The translations under genes and the position numbers were made by a program. From Dehalococcoidia bacterium (GTDB taxonomy: Bacteria; Chloroflexota; Dehalococcoidia; UBA2979), in the NCBI GenBank assembly GCA_965219085.1, contig OZ244720.1, positions 707,684-771,683 of the forward strand: 64,000 nt of DNA. The letters run 5' to 3'. The notes beneath the pieces were generated by a model that was not told the origin of the DNA, did not search any database, and saw nothing but the letters and a program-made list of their open reading frames with translations. Below, piece after piece: positions 9,001 to 16,371 of this stretch (positions are counted from its first letter, which is position 1; each line of letters starts with the position of its first letter).

Positions 9001-11227
9001 CACGACCTTGCGCACGAAGCCGGGTAAGACCAGGGCGGTGAACGTCACCTTCGAAGGGGACGGCCAGTTCAGCATCGGCTGGACCCAGCCCGAGAACGAC
9101 GGCGGGTCGCCCATCACCGGTTACCAGGTGCAGTGGAAGTCGGGCAGCCAGAGCTTCGGCGGCGATCCGTCGCGGGAGGACACCACCGGGGCTTCGCCGA
9201 GGACCTACGTCGTCACCGGGCTGACCAACGGCACCGCGTACACGGTGCGGGTGATTGCGGTGAACGCCGTCGGCGACGGCCCGCCGTCCGATGAGCAGAC
9301 AGCCACCCCCGTCGTCGGCAAGCCGGACGCGCCCGGCAACGTGCAGGCATTGTCGGGCAACGCCGAGCTGACCGTGACCTGGGACGGCCCCTACGACGGC
9401 GGCAGCGCCATCACCGAGTACACCCTGCAGTGGAAGTCGGGCAACCAGAGCTTCGGGGGCGATCCGTCGCGGGAGGACACCACCGGGGCTTCGCCGAGGA
9501 CCTACGTCGTCACCGGGCTGGCCAACGGCACCCAGTACGCGGTGCGGGTCAAGGCGACCAACACCAACGGCGACAGCGGCTGGTCCGTCGAGGCGACGGG
9601 CACTCCCCGTTCCAGCATCACCACCGGCGGCGGAGGCGGCGGTGGTGGTGGTGGCCCGTCGGGGCCCTCGCCGAGCGAGCTGGACTTCGAGTGGAACGTG
9701 AAGCGCGACCTCGAAGCGCTGGACGGCGGCCACGACACGCCGACCGGCTCCTGGTCCGACGGCACGGTCCTCTGGATCGCCGAGAACGGCCCGGGCGCCG
9801 GCGACGCCGTCTACGCCTACGACCTCCAGACCGGCGAACGGGTGGAGGAGCGCGAGTTCGAACTCGACGAGCGCAACCGCGCGCCGCGCGGCGTCTGGTC
9901 CGACGGCGAGACGGTGTGGGTCTCCGACAGCGGCCAGGACCGCCTCTTCGGCCATGACCTCGAGACGGGCGAGCGGCTGCCGGAGCGCGACCTCGAGCTC
10001 GACGAGGACAACGGCGCCGCCCGCGGCATCTGGTCGGATGGCGAGAGGATGTGGGTGCTCGACGGCGGCAAGGACAGCCTCTTCGCCTACGACCTCGGGA
10101 GCGGCGCGCTGGTGGCCGAGTACGCCCTCGACGACGCCAACGGCGACCCCCACGGCATCTGGTCGGACGGCGTCACGATCTGGGTCTCGGACCACGGCGC
10201 GAAGCGGCTCTTCGCCTACCGCCTCGATGATGGGGCGCTCGTACGCAACAGCGAGGAGGAGTTCACGGAGCTGAGCAAGGCCTCCAACAACAGCCCGCGC
10301 GGCATCTGGTCGGACGGCGAGGTGATCTACGTGGCCGACGAGAGCGACGACAAGGTCTACAGCTACAACATGCCCGACGCGATCGACGCGCGCCTCGCCT
10401 CGCTGACGCTGAGCGGCATCGAGATCGGGGAGTTCTCGGGGGACCGCACGGAGTACGACGGCGTCGCCGCCGAGGGCGTGACGGAGACGACGGTCGAGGC
10501 GGAGGCGCTGCAGCGCCGCACGACCGTCCTCATCGAGCCGGCCGACGCCGGCGGCGACGACACGAACGGCCACCAGCTGGCGCTGGAGGGCATCGACGCG
10601 ATCACGGTCACCGTGACCTCGGCCGACGGCAGCCGCACGCGCGTCTATCGCGTGCGGCTTGAGGGCGGCGCGGCGCAGGAAGCGCCCTGGACGCACTGCT
10701 TGCGCGGCGACATCGCTGAGGGCTTCAGCCTCGTCGTCTATGAGGGCGGCGGCGTCGAGGAACTGGTCACCTGCGCGGAGAGCCGCGATGTCGTGGCCCT
10801 CTACGCGCTGCACGGCGGCGAGTTCGTCTCGTACATCCTTGGAGCGCCGGAGTTCGTGAACCAACCGTTCGTCGAGCTGTTCGCCGATGGCGTCCCCCCG
10901 GTCACGCCGCTGGTCGCTGGGAGCAGCGGACCGCCATCAACGGACCCGAACCTCGGCGACGGCGCCCTGTTGCCCTGGCCGGAGTGCCTGCGCGGCGAGA
11001 TCGCCGCGGGCTTCAGCCTCGTCATCTATGAGGGCGGTAGCGTCGATGATCTCGTGGCCTGCGCGCAGAGCCTGGCCGTCACGGCCCTCTACGCGCTCCA
11101 CGACGGCGAGTTCGTTCCCTACATCCTTGGTGCGCCCGACTTCGTGAACCGCGACTTCAGGGAGTTGTTCGCCGACGGCCTGCCCGCCATCGCAGCACTG
11201 GTCGCCAGGAGCGAGGGGCACCCGTAG
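2..11227 (+). CDS. Giant surface adhesin, 5'-partial, more than 3730 aa. Order: NHL-like propeller repeats (about 700-1370); FN3 (about 1375-1650, 5290-5575, 8440-9600); Calx-beta-like (about 1660-1970, 2390-2700); about 11 cadherin-like beta-sandwich units of about 110 aa (2755-4450, 5581-7260, 7775-8420); one true cadherin domain (about 4985-5290); second NHL-like propeller (about 9690-10380); duplicated C-terminal Cys domain
   Basis: The frame is open from nt 2 (GTG at 35) with no in-frame stop. Repeats of the type LVLNDGxxDLTLTPAFASGTTSYxASVGN...ANTIKVKVTAED match the cadherin-like fold. FN3-like WKSG motifs occur. Repeats of the type D-N-x-x-P-x-G-[VI]-W-[ST]-D-G-x-T-[LI]-W-V-[AS]-D...LF-A-Y match NHL/propeller blades. 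Confidence 0.8.
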   Translation, partial: TGTTFTDADTGVPIYWLNGSKAADHYRDFYNGNWDQEASMRDEAGTIVFTFHPWTGSKHDGTEAFSSGDSRALGAASVRRGQPNSTVAGSGPLSSNSDASASEVGKFYALSDVFEVFTNSRPTAGPTISGFPQLGMTLTADASTIVDPDGTSGASFSYQWVRSEAGTDSEISGATATSYTLVEADVGTLIKVTVSYSDGEDMAETATSEPLGPVGRVVIDSAGNVDARGVWLESAAAGGFIIRLSDDEDDRVYGYTTGPLTHSPAHGFDLHADNGDATGIAAADGVLWVADRGDDQLFAYNVGASGTFGARLTAKEFDLHADNQRPAGVWTDGETLYVADPDEAKLFAYRVGAGGTFGESLADQDVALHADNDAPWGVWSTGTVIWVADRSDDFIYAYSLSAGGARLDAVALRWEWPLDTADGNTDPWGMWSDDDRLWVLDDGRSKLFAYYLPLPSAPDPPAAVAISGDGVGELTVEWEAPGDDGGSAISGYTVQWKSGAESFDSSREGTAAATARSQTIPNLTNDTEYTLRVQATNANGGSDWAETTGTPRAAAVSITGDTEFVREGTAAAFTLSRTGPAAAALTVSVLVTQEGSFIDGTLPTSVTIAAGDAEAPLRIATEDDDLGEDDGSIKVTITGVSSAIAISQTAGSATVAVRDDSDLKAKVSVDVESLTFAESVGTVTLKYAARMEPNVSPFAFAVSVLTDRGTARTLDGDFEGFSEHVTVAATDFQIENGQQVAHKTVDITINNNHAGRWEGDETFDFLVQRAPGTPGSVLVVDGDGNNAVGGATTTITIADNDAAPSLDMSVSPSLVEEGDSATLTVTIADGSAFAADQTIALTFSGTATRDVDYTADLATADVDALTLAAGLTEVAATVTVLDDAIDDDTGETIVIEAAHAGTSFSETYTLTIGVASLASDTALSALVLNDGTDDLTLTPAFASGTTSYAASVGNAVAQITVTPAKRDTDASLEYLDADDATISDADGMTAGQQVDLIEGENTIKVKVTAEDDATTETYTVVVTRAQRCDGTQLWCETMTVGTGAGTILGWSASGIVIAGGSLGGGDQDFDYGTHTYSFAIIFLSGTTLGIEFGAGAAGDLASTRTRDKLVFTVDGQAFGLGAGNLAANGRGVNWTSTGLTWMAGGTVDLEVVEAAVSTDAALSDLSLSDGTLAPAFASDTNTYTVGVANSVETITLTPAASHSWASVEYLDASDLPITDADGMTDGQQVALVVGANTIKVKVTAEDDATTQTYTLTVTRAVAGAATEATLSDLVLDDGTSELALTPAFASGTTSYTRWVGNGIDQITVTPETSDANASVEYLDAGDATISDADTMTTGQQIDLIEGENTIKVKVTAEDDATTETYTVVVTRAAPAASTDATLSGLVLNDGANDLTLTPAFASGTTSYAASVGNAVSQITVTPTKSDTDASVEYLDASDGAITDADGMTAGQQVALVEGANTIKVKVTAEDVITTETYTVVVTRAAPAASTDATLVSNEDATAGTGNSSVIHAQSFVTGTNAGGYTLSEIQIRLGDSSAVPGVTGVIAAVKADDSGAPGALVANLVNPGSLTADAFNAFTAPAGTTLSANTTYWVVINEERSSNSDRVRLFSTADDDEDIALTGWSIGDGRLWKSNASDASWNTSADSNLIIVKGTVKGGATNNAPVFADATTTRSVPENSAVGTNVGSAVTATDADSDTLEYTLEGTDAASFTIVSTSGQIQTKTGVTYNHEGTSSYSVTVKADDGNGGTDTIGVTVTVSDVNEVPSAPEAPDVTAASGTTDSLVVDWKEPANTGPAITDYDVQYRKGNSGAFTAWSHTDATTSATITGLEASTSYQVQVKARNDEGASAWSASGTGSTGSPASDAALTALVLNDGANDLTLTPTFASGTTSYAASVGNGIDQITVTPEKSDTDASVEYLDASDGAISDADGSASGQQVALDVGANTIKVKVTAEDATTTQTYTVVVTRAAPAASTDAALSGLVLNDGANDLTLTPAFASGTTSYAASVGNGIDQITVTPTKSDTNASLEYLDANGAIISDADGSASGQQVALDVGANTIKVKVTAEDATTTQTYTVVVTRAAPAASTDAALSGLVLNDGANDLTLTPAFASGTTSYAASVGNGIDQITVTPTKSDTNASLEYLDANGAIISDADGSASGQQVALEVGANTIKVKVTAEDATTTETYTVVVTRAAPAASTDAALSGLVLNGGANDLTLTPAFASGTTSYAASVGNGIDQITVTPTKSDTNASLEYLDANGAIISDADGSASGQQVALEVGANTIKVKVTAEDATTTGTYTVVVTRAAPAASTDAALSGLVLNDGTNDLTLTPAFASGTTSYAASVGNGIDQITVTPEKSDTDASVEYLDGNDAAISDADGSAAGQQVALDVGANTIKVMVTAEDATTTETYTVVVTRAMAGPVAPLPRPDTLVSNIGKANTGIAPLDAYDFTQEFTTGDNSDGYTLTSVDIEFGQVEEARITYAVSIREDKTGEPGRKIERLTDPARLSANALNTYTTSGIALAANTTYFVLVNSSTTHTTYLRYTSSDAEDSGAASDWTIGDASLLRFQHGGTWGTSSETIKIRINGTVTGADATLSGLALHDGANELTLTPTFSSGTTSYAASVGDAVSQITVTPTKSDADASVEYLDASDGAISDADGMASGQQVALVLGANTIKLRVTAADAMTTVTYTVVVTRAATASSDATLSGLLLNDGANELTLTPSFASGTTSYAASVGNAVSRITVTPEKSHTDASLEYLDGNDAAISDADGAASGQQVALVVGANTIKVEVTAADAMTTVTYTIVVTRTTGPGTEPGPPTNVQASGNAELGVTWDAPDDGGSAISGYTLQWKSGAESYSTTRQATVTTTTHTIPALTNGTTYTVRVKATNTHGDSGWTEITATPGSGAGVASVTVDQASITQTSADVIVTVENLQGVGHTVYVRYREAGANWPGSANLLLATSGTAITVTLAGLSGNTDYDVAASLDSGIAPGVRTASFTTLRTKPGKTRAVNVTFEGDGQFSIGWTQPENDGGSPITGYQVQWKSGSQSFGGDPSREDTTGASPRTYVVTGLTNGTAYTVRVIAVNAVGDGPPSDEQTATPVVGKPDAPGNVQALSGNAELTVTWDGPYDGGSAITEYTLQWKSGNQSFGGDPSREDTTGASPRTYVVTGLANGTQYAVRVKATNTNGDSGWSVEATGTPRSSITTGGGGGGGGGGPSGPSPSELDFEWNVKRDLEALDGGHDTPTGSWSDGTVLWIAENGPGAGDAVYAYDLQTGERVEEREFELDERNRAPRGVWSDGETVWVSDSGQDRLFGHDLETGERLPERDLELDEDNGAARGIWSDGERMWVLDGGKDSLFAYDLGSGALVAEYALDDANGDPHGIWSDGVTIWVSDHGAKRLFAYRLDDGALVRNSEEEFTELSKASNNSPRGIWSDGEVIYVADESDDKVYSYNMPDAIDARLASLTLSGIEIGEFSGDRTEYDGVAAEGVTETTVEAEALQRRTTVLIEPADAGGDDTNGHQLALEGIDAITVTVTSADGSRTRVYRVRLEGGAAQEAPWTHCLRGDIAEGFSLVVYEGGGVEELVTCAESRDVVALYALHGGEFVSYILGAPEFVNQPFVELFADGVPPVTPLVAGSSGPPSTDPNLGDGALLPWPECLRGEIAAGFSLVIYEGGSVDDLVACAQSLAVTALYALHDGEFVPYILGAPDFVNRDFRELFADGLPAIAALVARSEGHP
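5581..7260 (+). repeat. Five tandem, near-identical 336-bp (112-codon) repeats inside the giant adhesin gene
   Basis: Unit starts at 5581, 5917, 6253, 6589 and 6925. Each begins gcggcccccgccgcctcgaccgacgcggcgctgagcggtctggtgctgaacgac and differs by only a few substitutions. Confidence 0.9.
10681..11224 (+). other. Two tandem copies of an unnamed Cys-containing C-terminal domain of about 85 aa
   Basis: Copy 1 is 10681-10920 and copy 2 is 10966-11224. Shared motifs are CLRGEI-AEGFSLV-YEGG-V--LV-CA, ALYALH-GEFV-YILGAP-FVN, and FRELFADG. Confidence 0.6.
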
Positions 11228-11660
11228 GTGGCTCGACGGGGACTACGGGTGATGCGCTGTCCGGGTAGGCGCTCGCACCTGCGCGTATGAGGGCCGTTCT
11301 CCCCGAGGACAACCCGGGATGAGGCCGTCCGTTCGGCCTCACGTTCGCGTACGGGATGGCAGCGCAGACGGTCGCCGAAGGCTCGCGGTGACCGCGGTCG
11401 AGGACAGCGACCGGCCGAACCTGGCCTACGGCGCGCCCGGGCCGGCTCAGGCTCATACGGGGTGCTGGAGTAGGGGCAGCGACCCGGCCTGAGCGGGCCG
11501 GGACCTGCCGCTGTGCGGCGTCCGTGGCTGTCCGGCAGGGTTTCGGGCGACAAAGGAGCCCGCATACATGGACGTGCCCCGTGTCTTGCGGCCTTGCGGC
11601 CTTGCGCCCGCGCCGGCCGGCTCCTTAACGGCGAAACGGCTGCATACATGGACGTGCGGG

Positions 11661-11691
11661 GGAGGCCATCGCTCTGACAGCAATGGCCTCC
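11661..11691 (-). terminator. GC-rich hairpin just 3' of the helicase gene
   Basis: ggaggccatcgc...gcaatggcctcc forms a stem of about 14 bp with one mismatch. No U-tract follows, which is common in high-GC genomes. Confidence 0.35.
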
Positions 11692-11711
11692 CCTCCCTCG
11701 TGCCCCCCGGC

Positions 11712-13994
11712 CTATCCGGGTGTGCCGACCAGGCCCTCCTCGTGTTCCCGCTCCAGCGCCCACTCGAACAGGGAGAGCGTCGGAGCCTCGTCCCGACGCC
11801 GGCGCTTCGGATCGCCGGGCTCCCCGGCCATGAACTCCGCCCACGAGAACAGCGTCTGCTGCCGCTCCGGGGTTTCGTCATCGGCGTTGCCGCCAATGGG
11901 AAGGGCGGTGTGGCCGTTGCCATCGGCCCTGTTGGCGTGGACCTCGACGATCACCGGCTCGGGCGCACGCCAGCCGTCGTCGACCAGCAGCGCCTCGGCC
12001 TCCGCCGCGACCTGCTGCGCCTGGGCGAACACCGACTCGACCGAGCCGGCGTCCTCCTCCCCGGCGACGATCTTCCTCGCGAGCGCGAGCATCAGGTCGT
12101 CACCGTCGTCCCCATAGGCGGCGAGGCCGTCCTCGGGCAGCTCACCCTCAACCGCCAGCGACGATTGGAGCTTCTTCGCCACGAGCTTGAGGGCGTCGGC
12201 CTGCAGGGTGTTCCGGTAGGCCATGAAGACGACCTGCACGGGCTGCGTCTGGCCGATGCGCCAGGACCTGCGGGAGGCCTGGCGCATGGTGTACACGCTG
12301 TAATCCGTTTCGTACCAGCAAATCGTCGGGAACTCCACGAGGTCGAGTCCCGTCTGCACCAGCCGCGGGTGGCAGACGAGCACGTCGACGCCCTCCTCGA
12401 CCCGCTGCGCCACCCACGCCTCGCGGCGCTCGGGCGGCACGGCGTCCGCCTTCATCACCGCGACCCGGAAGCCGTGGCGGCCGAGGAACTCCTCCATGCG
12501 CCCGGTGATGTCGCGCGTGCCCGTGTGGGTCGCGTAGACGAGCACCCTCCGGCCCGCCAGACGCTCGGCGGCGACGAGGTCGACGAGCGCCTGCTCCTTC
12601 GGGTAGAGCTTTTCCGCAGGGAGGGGCGGCACCTGCACGAGCAGCTCCTCGGTCTCCGGGTCGAAGACCGCCTCGCCGCGCGTGCAGCCGTCGGGGTAGG
12701 CGAGCAGCGTCTGCAGGTAGGTGGCCAGCAGCCGCCGCGAGCCCTTCGAGAGCGCGTCCGCGAGCGCCGCCCGCAGCGTCTCGAAGAGCGTGTCGTAGCC
12801 ACTGCGCTGGGAGAGCCCCGTCGCATCGGCTTCCGTGTCCATCGAGGAGAGCAGCACGCGCTCCTCGTAGGGCGGGAGCCCCGAGGCCACGTCCGAGAGC
12901 CGCAGGAACACCGCGTTGCCGATGAGGTGGAAGAGGGCGGCGGGGGCGAGCCCCGGCCGCTCCCTGATCACCTTCCGGTACTTGCGGCGGCGGCTCGTGC
13001 GTCCGTCCTCCTCCGCGATGTCGTCGTCCCTGCCGATCGTGTGCTCGACGAAGCCGTAGCGCTCGATCCAGCGGCCCTCCTCGGAGCGCCCGAACTCCCC
13101 CCGGATCTCCGGGCTGAACCGGTAGAGCAGGTGGAAGAGCGTCGAGGAGTAGCCGCCCATCAGGGTTCCGCTGAGGCTGAGCGACTTGCCGCAGACGTCG
13201 GCGAGGATGCCGGCGGCGATGCCCTGGGCGGAGCCGCGCCCCTTGTACTCGTGCACCTCGTCACCGACCAGCAGGTCGAAGAACCGCTTCAGGCGGAGCT
13301 TCACGTAGTCCGCCAGCGGGTAGCGCTTCGGGCCCGAGCGGTCGGCCTGCCAGAGGCCGGAGCCGCACTCGCCGCAGCGGCGCTTGCGGCGGGCGAGGTC
13401 GCGGGCGAGCAGGGGCACGCCGTCCTTGTCCACGATCTGCGCATGGCAGTCCGGGCAGCACGGCACCTGGAACGGCTCGCCCGTCTCCTCGTGGCGCACC
13501 AGTCCCCGCGCGGTGGTGGCCCAGCGCTGCACGACGGCGGGCTGCCAGCGGTAGGAGAGCTTGGCGCGCTCGCGCGACATGATCGCGAAGAGCGGCCCGG
13601 TGCCGGTCGTGGCGCGCAGCCGCTCCAGGTCGGTGATCGAGGCGACGATCACGGCGCGGGCGCCGGGCACCGTCGCCTCGACCTCGCGCTTCCACTTGCG
13701 CGTGAGGTGCGGCGGGCAGAGCACGAGCACCCGCTCGAAGCCGGCCATATAGGCCGCCGAGGCGGCGATGAAGGTCTTGCCTGTGCCCATCTCCCCGACG
13801 ACGGTCGTGCCGCGCTGCGCCTCGAGCGAGAGCGCCGCGCCGCGGATGGCGTCGGCCTGCGCGCCCAGGGGAGCGCGTAGCAGGGGCGGGAGCGCCCGGT
13901 CCTGCTCGGAGGGCCGATAGCGGGGCGGGTACGACTCCACCACCCGCCGGGCGATGGCGTCGCGGTAGGCGTCGATGAATCCTGCGAGGTCCAT
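11712..13994 (-). CDS. SNF2/DEAD-like superfamily-2 helicase with an internal Cys4 zinc finger
   Basis: ATG at 13994 is preceded by AGGAACGG. Walker A is GEMGTGKT, the DExH box is LLVGDEVHEY, the zinc finger is CCPDCH...CGEC, and motif VI is QASRRSWRIGQ. Confidence 0.8.
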   Translation of the reverse strand: MDLAGFIDAYRDAIARRVVESYPPRYRPSEQDRALPPLLRAPLGAQADAIRGAALSLEAQRGTTVVGEMGTGKTFIAASAAYMAGFERVLVLCPPHLTRKWKREVEATVPGARAVIVASITDLERLRATTGTGPLFAIMSRERAKLSYRWQPAVVQRWATTARGLVRHEETGEPFQVPCCPDCHAQIVDKDGVPLLARDLARRKRRCGECGSGLWQADRSGPKRYPLADYVKLRLKRFFDLLVGDEVHEYKGRGSAQGIAAGILADVCGKSLSLSGTLMGGYSSTLFHLLYRFSPEIRGEFGRSEEGRWIERYGFVEHTIGRDDDIAEEDGRTSRRRKYRKVIRERPGLAPAALFHLIGNAVFLRLSDVASGLPPYEERVLLSSMDTEADATGLSQRSGYDTLFETLRAALADALSKGSRRLLATYLQTLLAYPDGCTRGEAVFDPETEELLVQVPPLPAEKLYPKEQALVDLVAAERLAGRRVLVYATHTGTRDITGRMEEFLGRHGFRVAVMKADAVPPERREAWVAQRVEEGVDVLVCHPRLVQTGLDLVEFPTICWYETDYSVYTMRQASRRSWRIGQTQPVQVVFMAYRNTLQADALKLVAKKLQSSLAVEGELPEDGLAAYGDDGDDLMLALARKIVAGEEDAGSVESVFAQAQQVAAEAEALLVDDGWRAPEPVIVEVHANRADGNGHTALPIGGNADDETPERQQTLFSWAEFMAGEPGDPKRRRRDEAPTLSLFEWALEREHEEGLVGTPG

Positions 13995-14115
13995 GGTTCC
14001 GTTCCTTTCGTCCTGTAGGGTTTGGCGAGCCGCGCGATGCGGCTTGTGACAGAGCGAGGCCCCGTCCCACGCGGGTGGTGGGGCGGGGCCTCGTGGTGCC
14101 GCTCGGAGTGAGCGG

Positions 14116-15152
14116 TCAGGCGGCGATGTCGGTGATCTCGCCGATGTCGAGGTCGAGAGCGACGACGGTGGTGCGCAGCCGCTCCCGGTAGACCTCTTTC
14201 TCAGGCGTGGTTTCCACCAGCACCATCTCCTTTGATGTCTTCCCCTTGACGAGGATGCGACTGCCCTCGGCCTCGAGTTGCAGGTTGTCGAGGAAGCCGG
14301 CCGCCACCAGCATCGCGAGGTGGCCGCGGCGCAGCGGCATGAGTGGCGCGTGCGCCCGTCCTCGGCCGGCCAGAGCGCGTCGGTCACCGTCGCGCTGACC
14401 CAGAGCCCGGAGCGCCGCGACTCCGCAGCCGCGGCCACCGGGTCGATAGTGCGGGTGGCGAAGAGCACCTCGCCGCCGGCGGTCGCCCGGGCGTTGTAGA
14501 CCGGATAGCGCTGGCGGCTCAGCTCCTCGACGTTGCCCTCCATGCACTCCTGCAGCCGCACGGCGCTGTACTGGTCGTACTGCACCTCGGCCTTGCGCGT
14601 GCCCATGACGACGACCTGGTCGAAGGCCTCACGCTCCGGGTCCGGGAAGGCCCAGCAGCGCAGCCGCGCGTAGTGCGAGGCGAGGTAGTTGGCGGAGCCC
14701 GCCAGCCGCCGCCTCGGCACGACGAACACGAGCAGCCCGTGCTCGGCCAGGTAGCGCGTGCAGTGCCTGAGGAACGCGTGCTCGGTGCGCTTCTCCTCGC
14801 CGGCGTCGTCGTCGTACGGGGGATTCAGGTAGAGCAGCCCGAACGCCCCGTTGGCGATCGACGTCTGGAAGAGGTCCGTGCCGAGCACGTGGTCGAGGCG
14901 GTCCTGCGCCTCCTTCGCGCGCTCGGCGTGGAGCTCCACTCCGTAGGTCTCGACGGCGGAGCCGTCGGGACGGTCGATGCGGGCGGCGAGCTGCGCGAGC
15001 GCATCCCCGGCCCCGCAGCAGGGGTCGAGGATGCGCAGCGTGGTCTCGCCGCGGGCAGTGCTGCGAGCCTGCATCAGGCTCGCGATCATCTCGGTGACGC
15101 GTGGCGGCGTCGGGTAGAAACCGCCCTTCGCCTGGGCTGCCAGTCTCATCTC
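14116..15152 (-). CDS. N6-adenine DNA methyltransferase with an apparent frameshift (or genuine disruption) near 14330-14400
   Basis: ATG at 15152 is preceded by GGAAGGAGA. Motif I is ILDPCCGAGDAL and motif IV is LNPPYDDD. From about residue 270 the reading frame turns to Cys/Trp-rich nonsense, while a clean C-terminus (LVAAGFLDNLQLEAEGSRILVKGKTSKEMVLVETTPEKEVY...) continues in another frame to the stop at 14116. Confidence 0.6.
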
Positions 15153-15811
15153 GTGTCTCCTTCCCTGGTCAGGGTTGTCGTGGGCTCCGCGGGCTCCTCC
15201 CGCGGCAGCGTGAGCGTCCCGGCCGCCACGGCGTGCGAGAGGTCCTCGCGCAGCGCCTCGGCATTCGGGGTGCAGCGGTAGGCGGCGATGCCTGCCGACT
15301 GCAGCGGTACGACCTCGGCCTCCGCCAGTCCCCGGTGCCACAGCCAGTCCGCCCAGCTGCGGTGCAGGGGCAGCGGGCTGCGACGATCGAGGAAGCGGTG
15401 GTGCAGGGCGGGTGCCTCCTCCTCGCCCGGGGCGAGCAGCAGGAACGCATCCCGCTCGAAGGCGTACTCGGCCATGCGCGTGTAGACGAGGGCGTGCCAG
15501 CCTCCCGAGACGGGCAGGCGGCCGATCTTCGTCGTCCACGTGCCGAGCGTCTCGTAGGGGACCTCGCAGCGGTGGAATCCGCCCGAGAGCACCGCCCCGT
15601 CCGTGCCGGCGAGCAGGTGCGCGGTCTCCGGCGGGTGCTTGAGGAGGGCGGCCCAGATTGCCTTGAGGGCGCTCTGGGCTCCGACCATCGAGAGGAACCA
15701 GAGTCCCTCCGAGTCGGGGTCGCGCGCGAAGGCGTCGGCCGTGGCCGAGAAGCCGTTCGCGCTGATCGTGTAGAGGTCCTGGGTGTCCGGGGCGGCGTGC
15801 GCCACGAGCAT
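15146..15811 (-). CDS. Hypothetical protein of 221 aa
   Basis: ATG at 15811 is preceded by GGAAGGAGA. Its stop overlaps the methyltransferase start as ATGA. Confidence 0.6.
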   Translation of the reverse strand: MLVAHAAPDTQDLYTISANGFSATADAFARDPDSEGLWFLSMVGAQSALKAIWAALLKHPPETAHLLAGTDGAVLSGGFHRCEVPYETLGTWTTKIGRLPVSGGWHALVYTRMAEYAFERDAFLLLAPGEEEAPALHHRFLDRRSPLPLHRSWADWLWHRGLAEAEVVPLQSAGIAAYRCTPNAEALREDLSHAVAAGTLTLPREEPAEPTTTLTREGDTR

Positions 15812-15873
15812 GGGCTGTCTCCTTCCGTACGTATCTGGTTGGTGGATTGCGCGGGCGAGCGCCCGCGTCTGCG

Positions 15874-16371
15874 TCAGCCGCCGAAGAGCCCGCGCTCCCG
15901 GAGGCTGACGGCTTCGTCGCCGATCACGATGTGGTCGAGCAACTCGATGCCGAGCAGCGTCGCCGCCTCCTCCAGCGCCTTCGTGACGTCGACGTCGTTC
16001 GTGCTCGGCGTCGCGTCTCCGCTGGGGTGGTTGTGGACGACGATCAGGTTCGGGACGGCCTCGACGACCGCCGGGCGCAGCACCTCGGCCAGCCTCACGA
16101 CCGCCGAGTAGCAGTTGCCGAGGTAGATCACCCGCTGGCCGACGACGCGGTTGCGGCGGTCGAGCAACAGCACGCGCAGTTGCTCCTGCGCGAGCGTCCC
16201 CATCTCCGGCCCCAGCAGGCGCTGCACGTCCTCGGGAGAGCCGATGATCGGAGCGTCGGGCTCGCGGTCGGGCCGCGTCTCGACCTCGTAGCGCACCGCC
16301 AGCTCGTTGAGGACATCGAGGTTGCTGCGCAGCGCCGCGAGCAGCGCGTCGGCGTGCCCGGTGGCGGTCAT
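15874..16371 (-). CDS. radC: RadC-like JAB/MPN-domain protein
   Basis: It has the JAMM motif VVHNHPSGDATPS and RadC-like length (165 aa). Its ATG overlaps the upstream stop as ATGA. Confidence 0.75.
   Translation of the reverse strand: MTATGHADALLAALRSNLDVLNELAVRYEVETRPDREPDAPIIGSPEDVQRLLGPEMGTLAQEQLRVLLLDRRNRVVGQRVIYLGNCYSAVVRLAEVLRPAVVEAVPNLIVVHNHPSGDATPSTNDVDVTKALEEAATLLGIELLDHIVIGDEAVSLRERGLFGG

Noticed and set aside
11568-13880. 770-aa plus-strand ORF
   Set aside because: It is antisense to the SNF2 helicase gene and has Arg/Gly/Leu-rich composition and no motifs.
11712-15539. Single 1275-aa ORF suggesting a fused methyltransferase-helicase (DarB-like) protein
   Set aside because: The 116-aa linker in that frame is Cys/Trp-rich nonsense. 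The helicase has its own ribosome-binding site and ATG at 13994. The methyltransferase C-terminus is cleanly encoded in another frame ending at 14116. Two genes is the better model, although an ancestral fusion cannot be excluded.
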